From positions 124,001 through 188,000 of the forward strand of contig DF236972.1 in assembly GCA_000708835.1 (NCBI GenBank): 64,000 nt of DNA. The letters run 5' to 3'. Made by a program: the position numbers and the translations under genes. Position 1 is the stretch's first letter. Every line of letters starts with the position of its first letter. A model generated the notes under the pieces. The model was not told the origin of the DNA. It made no database searches and saw only the letters and a list, made by a program, of their open reading frames with translations. The stretch comes from Klebsormidium nitens. Its lineage: Eukaryota > Plantae > Klebsormidiophyceae. This document shows, one piece after another, positions 24,704 through 37,700 of this stretch.

Positions 24704-26733
24704 GACCGGGTTAAAGCCTGGTTAGGTCGTCTTCTTGCCCAGGTGGTCAGGATCGGTAAGCGAGCCACCGTCTAGCTGTAGCGCCGTCGGTTCGCCGGAT
24801 GATAGGGTGTGCACTGTGTTCGTCCTGAATCTTGTGCACCCCAGTTCTAATACCGGGTACTAGACGCTAGACTGCCCGGTACCCCTGTTGGGTCTTCTGA
24901 AACCGCAGAAGATAACGAGCCCGGTTCTGCTCTGAAAGTAGAGAGGTTCAGCACAGGGTTAACATCAAAAGACCGACGGTTGAAGATAAGTTGTCCGGAC
25001 GCACGCCGGCCGCGTGGATGAAATGCGGGGGTTTGCGGGAGGGTTAACGGGTTGGCATTGAGTCAGACGCGGCCGCGTCCTGGAAGTCAGGTGAACGGCG
25101 CGCGCGGCCAGGAAGCGCGGCTGGCGGCGTATGCGAGCGCGTCACAAGTGCGCGCGAGCAGCTGCCGCTAGGCGCACGTGCCCCACCTTAGTAGCGGTTT
25201 TTGCGGCCAGGGGCGCCGGCGCTCCTAGTGCAGAGGAGCTCACAGATCAGGAATTCCCGTGAACATCTTGATCTGCTTGACGGCACCCGGATAAGACTTG
25301 CTTCTTTACCCTGAGTTCATGTCATGCTCCAAAGACAATGAAGCATACAGTACACCAGAGGGACCACCAGAGCTGGTACGAGTCACGTTGATCTTTTGGT
25401 GATGCTGGCCTGTGAGTGCGCACCAAAATGGACTTCACAGTGTACTTGCATCTTTTCAGGCTTGCGCAGCGCTTTGAACCATTGGTGATTCCGACTCCTG
25501 TCGAAAAAACTGACGACCAAGACTATTGCAAGACTTGAGAGTCTCTCGATCGATCTGCGGTTCTCTGAGAGATCACGACAGTAGGAAACAAATGAAGTGG
25601 TCTACGAGTCTGGCTCAGGCTGACGTTTGAAAATACCGTGACTGAATTCAAAATAGTCGAAAGTGTCAAAGTGTACCGTCGAGTGTCATGCGGAAGATCG
25701 TCTGTACGGGGCAGGGATTTTGGCGGGCGCGCTTCGCGGCCATGTGGTCTGACGATGGCAAAATCGAGAGCTGACTCAAATTCCAATCCCTGATGTCGAC
25801 ATGCAGACAAGAAACCCTCAAAAAACGATTCCAGCTTTCCATGGGGAAAGGGGGAGACTTTGGAGGACCAGAAAAGGAAGCCAGAGCTCGTCGGCCAAGG
25901 CTTTGAGGTACCGAAATAAGGGGCAGATCTTGTAAGAGAGGACAAGCGTCTCAGCAACAGAGGAAAAGCACCGGTTCCGGGTAGGCTGAAAAGAGAGGTT
26001 TGGAAGCAGCACGGCATACAGACATTGGTGCTCGTCTCTCTTCTTCCATTCTCGCGTCCTGCGAGTTTCCATTGCCCTCCTGGTCATTTGCCAGTGTCTC
26101 TGATTGCTCATCGGGCTACCTTTTTGCTCATCTTCGTTTGAGACGGGGTAGTGACGCGTGGCGTCATCTGCTGCCGGAGAAAAGGGCGCCAATCTTACGA
26201 CAGGCAGGGCAGCGCGCCTTCTTTGCTCGTCATTAATTTTCCTTTCAGAGTTGGAGCTGAGTACAACGGTGAAGGGACAGCGACTTCATTCATGCCAATT
26301 CCGTTTTGTGTGAGCGGCAGTACGTGCAAGCAAGCTCCAATTGATCTTGCCGTTGAAGTGCCCCCTTCTCAACCGATTAACTTCGTCGTCACTCCGTTCC
26401 TCTTCGTTGATGTGGGCGAAAGTAAAACAAGATTAAAGACTGAATAATGTTATCTGCTGATCTTTAATCTCATCCTGCCTACACTTCTAAGCTGTTCAAT
26501 CGCATATTTGTGCTGCGCGCTTTCAGAAGCCCATCTGCAGCGTAAACTTGTCGTGCTTCGACCATGCAAAGTTCCCCGGAAGCTCACTTACCTCCATAAT
26601 TCACCTTTAGGTCCTTCCAATCAAGTTCGAAAACCGGGGGCAAAGTTTTCAGGTCTCGTGAGTTGGTGGAGCAAGGCTGCGAGATTCGTGGGATCCTCTG
26701 TTTTGAGAATCTGTGTCGTCCTGCAATCAGAAA

Positions 26734-29590
26734 ATGGAGACCGGCAAGCAGCGCTCCCGTGCCGCCCAATTCCTTCTGGCCGCCGCTCTAGTTGCCGCCT
26801 TCACCGCGTGCGCTTCCGCCGCCGATCCGGACCCCCTCAGAGACTTTGAGCCGCCTGATTCCCCAGCCAACTACAACCCTCCCGACCTCTACTTCAAGTT
26901 CGATCTGAGGCACGCGGCAAATCCGGCGGATGGCCCTGGGGGGATCATCTGGAAAGCGAACAGTGCGAACTTTCCCGCTCTGAGGTGGGCAGCCCAACAG
27001 CGAATTCCGTCAAGCACCGAACAATTCAAATTTCTTGTGAGGTTTCGTGAGGCCGCAGGTGCTTCCGTGGTATGCTGTGGTTTGTGACTTCTCCTTCGCG
27101 GCTTTTCAGGCTTTGTCTGTTCCCGCAGGCCACATACGAATCTGTAACCGCACATCTTGAGGGGCTTTCCAAGACTTGAAGTCAGAGTGAAAGACCTTTG
27201 ATCGGAGGAGCGAAAATTTGTGTTGGATCGGTGTACCCAAAACAAAGTCGAGCGTTGACTGGTTGACGTGGGTTGTGGTAGATTGAGGGCTCTGATATGA
27301 GCTGACTGAAGGCTTTATTCTTCCAAGTCTGTGATTCTGCTCTGCGACGTTGTCGACAGCAATTTCCAGAACTGTCGCAGACGCCTCTCCATGCCTCAAT
27401 CCGAGTTGCCAATTCGATGCAGCTCATAGCCAGAGCAATGCGTTCTTTCTCAACGCCACCGCCGTTTCGGAAAACTTTCTTCCGGCCCGTTTTCGACGCC
27501 GTTTCCTGCCGCGCGAACGCAGGCGCCAATTTCGGATACGATACTCTGCCGGCAAAATGCATGAGCATGTTACTTAGAAAGTCAGGAAGTTTCGTCGCCC
27601 TTTTCCAGGTCGCAAGGCCTGTCGAGCGCCCTCTTCGCCATCCGCCCGTGCGGCCAGACCCTGCCGCACACCCACCCGCGCGCGAGCGAGATCGTGTACG
27701 TCATCAGCGGGGGCCCCGTCCTGTTCGGTTTCGTGGACACCAACCGTAAGCCGCCGCCCCCGCGGCCGCCTTACACAAAACCTCACTTCCATTCCCTCAA
27801 ATCCAGCCCTGGGCTAGCCCAGGGAGAGCGTTGTTATCTTGTGTTACATGTTCTGTAAATGGTAAAAGGAGCGGGAAAAAAAGAGAAAGAAAATACAATA
27901 TCCCCAAAACGGGCGCCGTGTCCGGAGTCTTTTCTGGTCTCCTGCACCTTTCGTGTGGTGTGGCTATCTTTAGAAGCTGTTCTCCCCCTTCACCGTAAGT
28001 AGACACGCGGCGACGGTAAAAGCGGAGATTGGGCTCGAAAGTCGCCGCCCACGGGATTGGTACGGTGAGATGTACGGTGAGAGCAAGCAGACACCTCGAT
28101 TTGAAAGTCGCCCTCGGTTCGTTTACAAAGCTCATGTGGATAGATTCAGCCCTAGCGAATCACAAAGACCTACATAGCCTTGAAAACAACCTTGATGACT
28201 GATCATTTAGCCGAAATTGAGCTGATCAGTACCGATGTCCACAGGTTTCCGGACTGTACCTGCAATTCTGCTGAAATCCTCATCTTAGCGGGGCCATGTG
28301 TCGAACCACCTTTTTGCGAGCCGTTAAAGCGACGCCCACCTGAAGGTTCAGTGGCCTGGCCTGTAACCCGGTTAGTCTTCATTCGGACATGGTTGGCAGG
28401 CTAACCCGCTTTTGTCGTGTTTCTGCCCTTCGAATACCGCCCATTTCGACTTTCTTATCTTTTCACTGCTCTTCGACTACCTCCCATCAAACATTGATTC
28501 GCAACCCTCAAACTTCGGATGAACTTCCTTTTGCAGCTCACCACACACCGCCACCTTGAATTTCTCAACGGTTCAAGCTGCTAACCCGGTTTACTCTCCT
28601 TTTAACCCTCTTCACAGACACCGCTCACCTAAACCTCCTGCGTGCGGGCGAGATGACGGTGATCCCCCGGGGCATGCTGCACTTCTCACAGAACTTTGGC
28701 ACGGGTGACGTCATCTACTTCTCCGCGTTCAACAGTCAGAATCCGGGAGTCATTGTGAGCGCACGTACCCAGATTGCGGCCTTATGTTACGACGCGCTGA
28801 TCAAAAGTGCTGAGTGCTATTACCCGCTGAGCCAATCTGAAATGTTGCCGACAGTAGCCGCTTTTTATACAAGTATCGCTGGATGTAGACTTTCAGATGT
28901 CAGAATTCGCGTTTAAGTATTCGAGACCACTGATTTCAGGAACGTAAAAATTTTGCAACCGTTAAGAAGCCTGAAAGGCTGAATCGCTGTCTGCTCTGTA
29001 GATCGGATCGGACGATTTGATTCTTCTAAAGTCGGTTTGGCTTTGACCCTTTCAGGCCACATTCAGACGCAATGAAAGTTCGCACTGAAGCACCTGTCTT
29101 GAGGCAAGATAGAATCTTCAGTCGGCCCTTGTAAAGCGCTCCCAAAATCCTGTCCGGGAAGCTGACTTGGATAAGGAGAAAAATAAAAATGGTTCTCAAG
29201 AGAAAGATGCCGCATCAATCGCAATCCTCCTCGCTCGTTGGTTCTGCAGATTGGATTTGTTCACTCGCGCTTACTGCATTGTAGGGCGCCGCCCTTTACC
29301 GAACTTTTTGTCAAGAGTGCCCACTACCAATCAGCCTTCACTCTTTCCCCTCCCTGCAGACCCAGTCCAAGGGCCTCTTCAACCTCCCCCCCGAAGTGGT
29401 GGCGACCACTTTCTCCCTGCCTCTGGACCAGGTCAGGGCTATCAACGGATCTCTACCGGTCACTACCGCGCCCACTCTAGGCACCTCAAACCAGGGCTGC
29501 GTGCCCGGGGTGATCCCCCCCGAGCTTACTTACCTAGACGTTCTGGCTCCGAAGGGCGACCAGAACGTGTCTGCACCGGGCGGGTATTAG
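26734..29590 (+). CDS. Secreted germin-like / spherulin-like cupin, copy 1
   Basis: Exons 26734-26984, 27609-27745, 28618-28754, 29360-29590. Hydrophobic signal peptide (FLLAAALVAAFTACASA), ADPDPLRDF, germin box 1 RPCGQTLPHTHPRASE, box 2 PRGMLHFSQN, SAFNSQNPG. Confidence 0.93.
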
Positions 29591-30815
29591 GAAGCTGATG
29601 GGCAGGGACTGAATGTGGGTCATATCGAACCGAAGACAGGTTCGTGCGCGGGGGATCCCTCTCGAGCTCAGATGATTGGATCCGGACGGCGACCAGAACG
29701 TGGGCGGGTGAGGAAAGCTGGTGGGCCGGGAGTGATTGTAGGTTGTGCATAACTCGAGAAGACTGCAGTTTTTGGTGTGCTGAGGATATGAACGTAAAGG
29801 GAGTGTAAGAGGGTCTTCTGAGGTGTGCGTGTACGCTAGGAATATTGATTTGAGACGGAAACTTGACGCGCGGAGACTGCATAAATCTGCTTACGTGTGC
29901 CAACAAAAGGGAGGCACTTGAGAACACACTCTGATAGCGGCACCAAGTCAATCCAGACGTTTAATGATTGTCACCTTGTGTGTCCAGTCGCACCTTGTAA
30001 CGTGGCATGTGAGGGCGCCGCTAAATGTAATGTAGGAGCATGCGTCTGTACACAGTGTTCGACGCCTCAGGTCACTTCTAGCGGCGGAACCGATCCATAT
30101 TTCAACACTTATGCCGACCACATCAGCGCATCCATGCACGGGGCCCGGCCTTACTCAGCCGTGAAGTGTACGTGTAAACTGTTCGAGCAATTAGTTCCCA
30201 ATTAGTTGACACCGAATTGTTACTAATGATTGAAACACTGGGTCACGTTTGGGCCTGGCTGGCGCGCGCGCATAGGCGGGTCACGTCGGTTGTCAGTTTG
30301 TGCTTGGATTGTGCCATGGCTAAAGCAAGAACGCGATACCTGGCTGCGCCATACTTCGCATACCGCTGTCAGCCGGTTTCAGCTTTATCCCACAGTTAAG
30401 CCGGCATAGCATATCTCAATGGATACTCCATCGCTCAATCTGGTTCGCACGGTGTTCATGCTAGTGCCAGTAGAAGGCCGCAGAAAGCTCTGCAGAGAGA
30501 TGAAAAACTTTAGTCTTAAATCAAGTCAGCCGCGCGCGACGGGCCGCGGCCGGGTGTCGCGTCGCAGGGTTTAGGCGGGCCCGGGGTTTACTGGCTTTCA
30601 GTCGGCGCGGCGCGAGCCTGCGCGGCTCGCTGAGTCCGTGTTCGCGCCAAAGCGGCGGCGAACGCGACATTCGGAGTTCAACAACGATTCCTTGGCATAG
30701 GCAACAGGCAGCATTGGCGGCAGAAGCCGGCTCTAGACGAGAATAGAGTTCTGTTTTTAGTTGAAGCGCCAAATGTCAAGTAAGATACTGCTCTGAATCA
30801 GTTGGCTAGGCAAGA

Positions 30816-33615
30816 ATGGCATTCGCTGACCTTAGCGACCAGCTTCCACCGCAGCCTGAGCGCAAGGAGTTAGGCGTGGACTTGTCTGTGCACATGGATT
30901 TTGCTTACCGCTCGGGTCTGAAACAGTTCAGCGATAGAGTGATCCGGGTACTTGTTCAGAGGGAGCCTCTAGAAGGAGGAGAAGAACTTCAGCAGCCGGA
31001 TAAAAGTACAAGCCAGGCCTATGCTTCAGGTTGTGTCGCTTCAAAGGAGCTTACGGACTCTGAGCACCAAGTTCAAGCAGTTGACTTGGAGATGCAACCA
31101 GTCGCGGGAAATGAGTATGGAGACGAAGACAGCGAAGGTAATGTACAATCCGCACTTTGTGTTGAATCGGTTCCGAACACATTCATTGAACAGATTGTCT
31201 TAAAATTGATTCCTTGAATCTGCTTGATCACGAGTATTATGAACAAACACAAGGTGCATAACAGGTTCTGCACTACTGAGCAAGCATAAGTACTCTGCAT
31301 GTTGTCCATTTGCATGGTCAGTGAGACATTGGCGGAGACTGGTCCATCAAAGACAACAAGTGCTGGGTGGACTAAGAGTGCCTTGGTTTACTATGCGAGA
31401 GGCCCTCGGGACAATGTATGATCTTACATCATGCTATCTGTGTTTGCAACGCTTCCATACTAATCGAACCCAGAACGTTTGAAATATTTTCCACTTGGTT
31501 CCGATGAGGAGCTTTGTGATCTTAGTAGGCACAAAGCTCCTCATCGGAACCAAGGAGCTTTGTGCCTACTAAAGCACAAAGTAGTAGGCTTTAGTAGGCA
31601 CAAAGCCATCAAAACTCACGCTTTCTGTACGGGACGCCGATTCTGATCCGTTGGATCTGCTGCTTTTACTATAAATCTGCAATCTGCATTGTCAGCCTGA
31701 TACATGCTTTTGAAATACTAAGGACTGCTTCTTCTCGACAGCAGCATGCATTTTAAAAACAGGACTCATTCTAGGCTTGCAAGGGTTCACCCGAACAGCG
31801 TCGCAGGGCGTCTATCAGACGGTCCTTCTGCTCAACGTAACGTTCGACGCCGGGATGTGAATTACTCTTTCGAGAATTGGCCTGCAACTCTCCTTAAACA
31901 ACGTTAACTCGGCGATGATGACGTGGTCGACCGGCCCAGTCACACGCTCTCTTAAACGAATTGGTGATGAGGACGTCTTTAATGCTTGAGCATGCACGTT
32001 GGATTTGAACCTAGTTAAGTGCACTATTCGAAAAATGTTTTTGCTGATCGTGCGTCAGGTAGCTCGTCTTACGACATCCCGGTCAGCAGTGCCGTCATCG
32101 CCGCCCATTCCATGTACTTCCGGAGGATGCTGACGTCAGGCCTTCACGAGAGCCGCTCAAAGGACCAACCGATTGTGGTTGCTCTCTCGCCAAGAGGTGA
32201 GCCATCCTCGCCAAGAAAGCAATCTGCTCCCACCTTCGTCCATGAACAAAGGACAAAAACTGTATGCTTTTGAAAACAAGGACTTCGGTTGTCAGCGACT
32301 CATCTTCTGGCGAGAAAGATGCCGGCTTAGAATTAGAGGAGACACAGGGGAAGGCCTGCCGCATGCACACCTGCCGCACACCTGTTTTCTCAATACGGTG
32401 ACTTTCTCCAGAGAAATTGAGGATTTTGATGACAATCTGCTTCGGATCTACCAGGAAGCAATTTTCTAGCTCTTGAAAAATCCTCGATGCAGGTTTTGTG
32501 AGCTTCTGTCATGGATGATCAGTGCAGGAGGAGACACCTCAACCTTTTTTGCCGGCCTGCTTTTGACAGTCGAAGGTTGATTCTTTCCCATAGATCTCCA
32601 AATAAAAACCAACAACCACAAGTGTTAATGCCCTTGTGCAGAGGCACAGAGCTTCAACGCTTTGATCGAGTTTATATACACCCACGAAATCAGCGCAACA
32701 GTCCGCTCAGACAAGGAAGAGCTCTGCTGGCTTCTCACAATTGCGGACCGCTTCGAAACCGCGGCGTGCGTCCAGATGTGCGTCCAGACGCTGACGTCAA
32801 CACCCACGACGCTCGCTGACGCGGTCATGTACGTCAGCCTGCCGGAGCCTGTGAAGCGGTGCGAGGCAGTTCGCGCGTTGATAGATACTATTTCTACCCT
32901 GACGAACTGGTCTCTTGAGGAGATAGCGGGCGCGGATAGCGTTTGCGATATGGAAGAGGTCACCATCAGGCGACTCGTTCTCGAGCTTCGGGGAAGCGAT
33001 GAGTACGAGGAGGGGCTCTGCAAAGTCTGTCTCCAGTGGTTCCGTTACGAGGGTCAGGACCGGTGGGGAGCTTTTGCGGCCCTCCTTGAGTTGCTCGAGT
33101 TTTGGCGCATCAACCCGACTTTCATCAGAGAGGAGCTAGAGAGCTGCCCCGAGGTAAGCGCTCCGGAGAGGCGGGCCCTGATAGATAAGCTGAAAAGCAT
33201 GGAACCACCTCAGGAAGACAAGACACCGGACGGAGCAGATCAAGTCGGTCATGGGGGCGCGCCTGCGGGCCACGGCTTAGGTCCAGCGGTCGCCGGAAAC
33301 AACGCTCCTGCCGTCTTCCCTGGTGGATCCGTTGGCGTCCGTGTCGGAAGATCTCTCGCATCCTTCACGTTGTTTTTGATCATTTTGGGCGCTATTGAGG
33401 GGTTCGTGGTACCAGTGGTAATCTCCGAAAGGATCGATAAGCATCATCATAAACCTGTCCAGTCTCCTGTTTGGATTGGCCTTCTCCGGGCCTCTGCCCC
33501 TCGGCGGTGCAGTTGCAGGCTTTATAGTAGGCTCCGTTCTCATGTTAGTCTGGTATGTCATATACAGCACCTGTTTGAGGCGAGCTCCTTGAGTCTCTGG
33601 CAGAAGCAGCTATAA
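30816..33615 (+). CDS. BTB/POZ-BACK protein (POB/LRB-like), copy 1; C-terminus frameshifted relative to copy 2
   Basis: Exons 30816-31137, 32059-32196, 32642-33615. FSDRVIRV start, SSAVIAAHSMYFRRMLTSGLHES BTB core, LIEFIYT, ADRFETAAC, BACK-like region (LCKVCLQWFR...LLELLEFWRI). A 1-nt difference near 33451-33466 moves the last hydrophobic helix out of frame. Confidence 0.88.
31495..31606. repeat. Compound perfect inverted repeats in BTB copy 1 intron 1
   Basis: 24-bp arms 31495-31518 / 31530-31553; 19-bp arms 31557-31575 / 31588-31606; alternative 19-bp pairing 31522-31540 / 31554-31572. Confidence 0.92.
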
Positions 33616-34753
33616 CAGGCTAGAAATTATTGAAAGCTGGAACTGTTCATGTTCAGAAACTGCAAACCTTCACTGAGAATCAGAGAAAGCGACCTAGCCA
33701 ACAAAAGGCGAATCTTTAATCTTACTCGGCTACATCGCTTCAATCTTCATACCTTCCTGTCATGCAATATATATTCAAAATTGGCAATTTGAAAATTCAT
33801 CACAGATTGAACATCAAGCACAACATGTGATGGCTATGGTCCAGGGTGTGCAGTGCTTCTGAATCCGATATATATTCCGGCCAGCTTCGATCGTTTGCAG
33901 ATTTCTGGACATGTCATAAATGTGCCGTCACATGCAAAACTACGCGGTTTGGGAAGTATCTATATAGCAACGAGCCTCGGACTCGCTCATGGGTTGTCGC
34001 GCCAGCTAGCGTTGCTGCAGTCGGAGTTTACCAAAGTAGCTAACAGGGTTATACGGTTTGACATGCTGTGCCATAACTTATGATCTGTACGGCACGTGCA
34101 TGATCCGCCCCATGCACACCTTTGATCGATACGCACGGGCTTAATAAAGGTGTCCATCAGCCTGTGAGTCAGGCGGGCGCGGCATGCAGTGACTGGCATG
34201 CATGATTGTTTGAGGCCCTCCGCAAGAAGTGCCGGCGCTGGTACAAATCCGTGTGCATTTCTGTGACCTTTGCACTTGCAGAAATTTGAATAGTACGTTG
34301 GGTACGAGTCAATCGCATATACCTAATCTGGCTGCTAGCTAGCTAGGTGCACCAAATCGAGGGTTGCTTTACTACTAATGTCTAGATGTCAGGCCGGCAG
34401 CTACCTTTTATCATAGTACATATCTAAGAACTTTGCATCTTCGTACAAACGTACCCAATGTCCCACATCTACTAACCGTATCCTTTCTCAAATGTATTGC
34501 TTGTTTTATCGTAGCGCACTCCTATCAACGACCGTATCAACGTACAATGTTACCTTGCAAGCCAAAAATCCTTTGCAGAAGTGATTTCATATGGTGGGAC
34601 CAGATTTATCAGATGCACGTAAGATTCATTCGTCTTGCATGCCACACTAGTTTACAACACCGAGGCCCGCAGGTCTCCGAACTCGGACAGTTCCTCTCGC
34701 AAGCGGACATCCGAATGACATTCCTTTAGCCCCGAACCAGCCTCCCCTGCCCG

Positions 34754-37700
34754 TTAACCGTTAACGCACTTTTGAAGTGTTTGCGGCTGCGTTCGATTCC
34801 GCCTTCTGCTGAAAGAGAACGTTCGCTTCGTTCTCGTCGGCGTAACCGGAGATGGCTCCTCCGCTGGCGCTTCGTCGAGGTACTCGGGGGGCGGGGTGGG
34901 CGGCGGGAAGTCTGCACAGCGTCACGGTCGTTCAACAAATGATTGTGCAGTGTTGAAAAGCACTCATGAAATCCAATCAGTCGCCAGTGATTGTTGGTTT
35001 TTGAGCGTTTCTAGAGAATGTTTGGCTGCTACTGAAGGACTTTTAACAGCACGGATCGTCGCCGGACCGCTGACGACGTTTTGAGAGGAAGCAGATCTCG
35101 GTCTTGGAGAAACGAACACGTGGCAGGTTCTTCAATCTCATCAAAATGGAAAGACGGCATGTCAGCAAGAGATGGTTGTCAATGCAACAAATAGTCGGCA
35201 AACGCATCGGACGCTAGGACTCCCAGAAACAAAGCCCAACCGCTTCAGTCCACCCCTGCGAGTTTGCAGTTGACAGGAAGCTTTCCATGTCGATCATCCA
35301 GGAAGCCTAGGAGTGGGATGACAGCAGAAGGAAGTCACACACGGTCCACCACGTGTATGACGTGCGATGATGTTTTATTCTTCTTCAATCCTTTAGAAGC
35401 CGCGAAGGGTCACTAAACAATTAGCTGCGCAGAGCGAAGACAGTCCCCCAAAGCAACGAGGATCGTTCTTAGGATACTTTTGCGTAGTATTCAGGGTCTT
35501 AGAAATCGGTATCAGGGACTCTTGCAGTCTTTCGGGGAATTGTTAGAGAAGAGATGAGGACAGTGGTCTCAAAAGCTGCTTATGCGAGACGCTTACCGGC
35601 TGGGGGGGTGGGTGCGATCCAGTTGCCGCCCAGTTCGTCCGACCCGGGGGAACCGAAACTGCTCAGAGGGGGCGACACGAAGCTACTGCCGGTGGGGCTG
35701 TCCATCTGCACCGGCGCAGTTTCACGTGGGTTCACTTTTCGTTTACTTCTTATTCTTCCACTTTCAAGTCAAGGCATGCTCCTTCTCGCGAAAGTCGACT
35801 TCCGGCTTTTCTGTACTGACGCGGAGACAAAACAAGCATGCGTTGACTCAAAGCTGGAAGGCTGACTTTGGAGTACGCACACGGCATCCTCCTGAATGCA
35901 TCACACATCCGGCCCTCTGCAGCAAATAACGTCAGGTTTCTTCCGAGCGGAGGTTGTCACCGCACACAAAGCGCCGCCACTAGGAATCGAGCGAAGGGTG
36001 GCCATTCACGCCAAGCACCGGACCCTCACTTGGGCTAACTCCCACCACTCTAGTTGGACTTTCCGGAACAGATTCTGAAACCCAAATCTTGCTGGGCTTC
36101 CGATAACAGGTTCTGAATCCCATCTGTCATGCAAGGAAGTATGGAATTCCGGAGGAAAAAGAAGGAACACGAAATGAACGCCCAAAGTGGCTTACGCACC
36201 CAGGCGCTCTCCGTTGTAGACGGCGGAGGCGTCCATCCAATGTGCCCCTCGTGCTGGACATTGTACGGGTACCCAATGTCCATGTCGTCGAATTTGTCTC
36301 TCCCCCCTGCAGCATAGCTTCTGCGGATCAGATCATAGCCTATCGTCGCGAGGATAAGCGGTGTCTTGAGTGGCCGTGGCTGCGTTTTGTTGGCCTTTTT
36401 GGAAATTGGTCGAACCCACGACTCATGCGAATGCTTTGCGAATCTGTCAGGTGTCGAGTGTGCGGTGCTTCTTATGATGGCGTGATAACGAGCACGGACT
36501 GGATGCCTAAGCAAAAGCAGCGGCGTTCTTAACTCCAGTCAATCATCGCCAGCCGGGCTAGACCCGCCGGCAACATAAGTAGCTGCGTAAAACCAAGGAA
36601 AAGAAGAAAGAAAAACCAAAGAGGATACAAAGGGAGGACATCGGAGGACGTATTATGCAGGACCGTAGGCCTAGAAATGCTTCACGACAACACATCACCT
36701 GCGTATATCCACTAAAGAATGAGAAGATTGAGAACGAGAGAAAGGGGACTGTTGCAAATTTTGAGCGTGATGGGGCGACGACTCACCTGAGAGGATCCTA
36801 TGGAGCTTCGCCTTGACGGTCTTTCCAGGCGAGAAGCCGCACGAGATCGACGCCGGCTCCAAGACTACAAGAAGCGAGCAGAACGCCCAGTGAGAATAGT
36901 CCACAGTTGAGCTTGAGTCTTGCAGTTCGGACGTGGCTAATTGAATGTCATCTCTCTAACAAAACGGCCATACCAGCGGACTTGAATCCAAGGGAGTCCG
37001 TCCTCCTGAAACCCTGCCTTCTCAACTTCGTCTACTGAGCCAATTTCAACCACATGTAGAGCAGTCGAAAATGCCTTTAAATGGCGCGAACTTTAAAGTG
37101 GGCGTCGGGGTATAAAACCCCCGGTTCACGACCAAATTTTGCATCTGGGGTTCCCAGGTTTTGCTGGCTTGACCTAGTGGCAAGCGCGCTCGCTTTGAGG
37201 TCAAGACCTCCGAAAAGAGGTGCAGGTTCGATTCGGGCAACTTTGACATTTTGCTCTGTTTTGCCCCTTCCTTTTTGGACCTTACCGCCGCTGACGTATG
37301 ATGACGTAGCTAAATGGAACCGCGGTACTCTGTGGTACGATACCTGTGGACTGGCCCGGTTCCAGCCTGCCTCCGACGGTCCGCGGGCGCCAAATTTGCC
37401 TGGTCCAGTGTCCGAAACCGGTCCGAAATTTGTCCGAATTCTCTTGACGAAAGGGATCTTTGACCGTTCGATACATTTTAGTCAAATCGACACACCGTTC
37501 GATGAAAATGCAACCGCGGTTGCTACGCCCACGTTAAGCTTCGCAGGAAGGCCTGCCTCATCCGACATGCCGCCCACCCCGAAGACCCAACTTTTGGTCC
37601 GTCAGACCTCTGAATCAGTTGGAAGAAAGCGGGTTCCCAGGGCCGCTATGCACGCTTACATCGGTTACTGCCTGGAGACAGGCCTTGGTTCCTTCCAGGA

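Noticed and set aside
25050-26450. GC-rich block and short ORFs between the LEA and cupin genes
   Set aside because: No recognisable protein motif, terminal repeats or consistent splice chain; cannot support a transposon or gene call.
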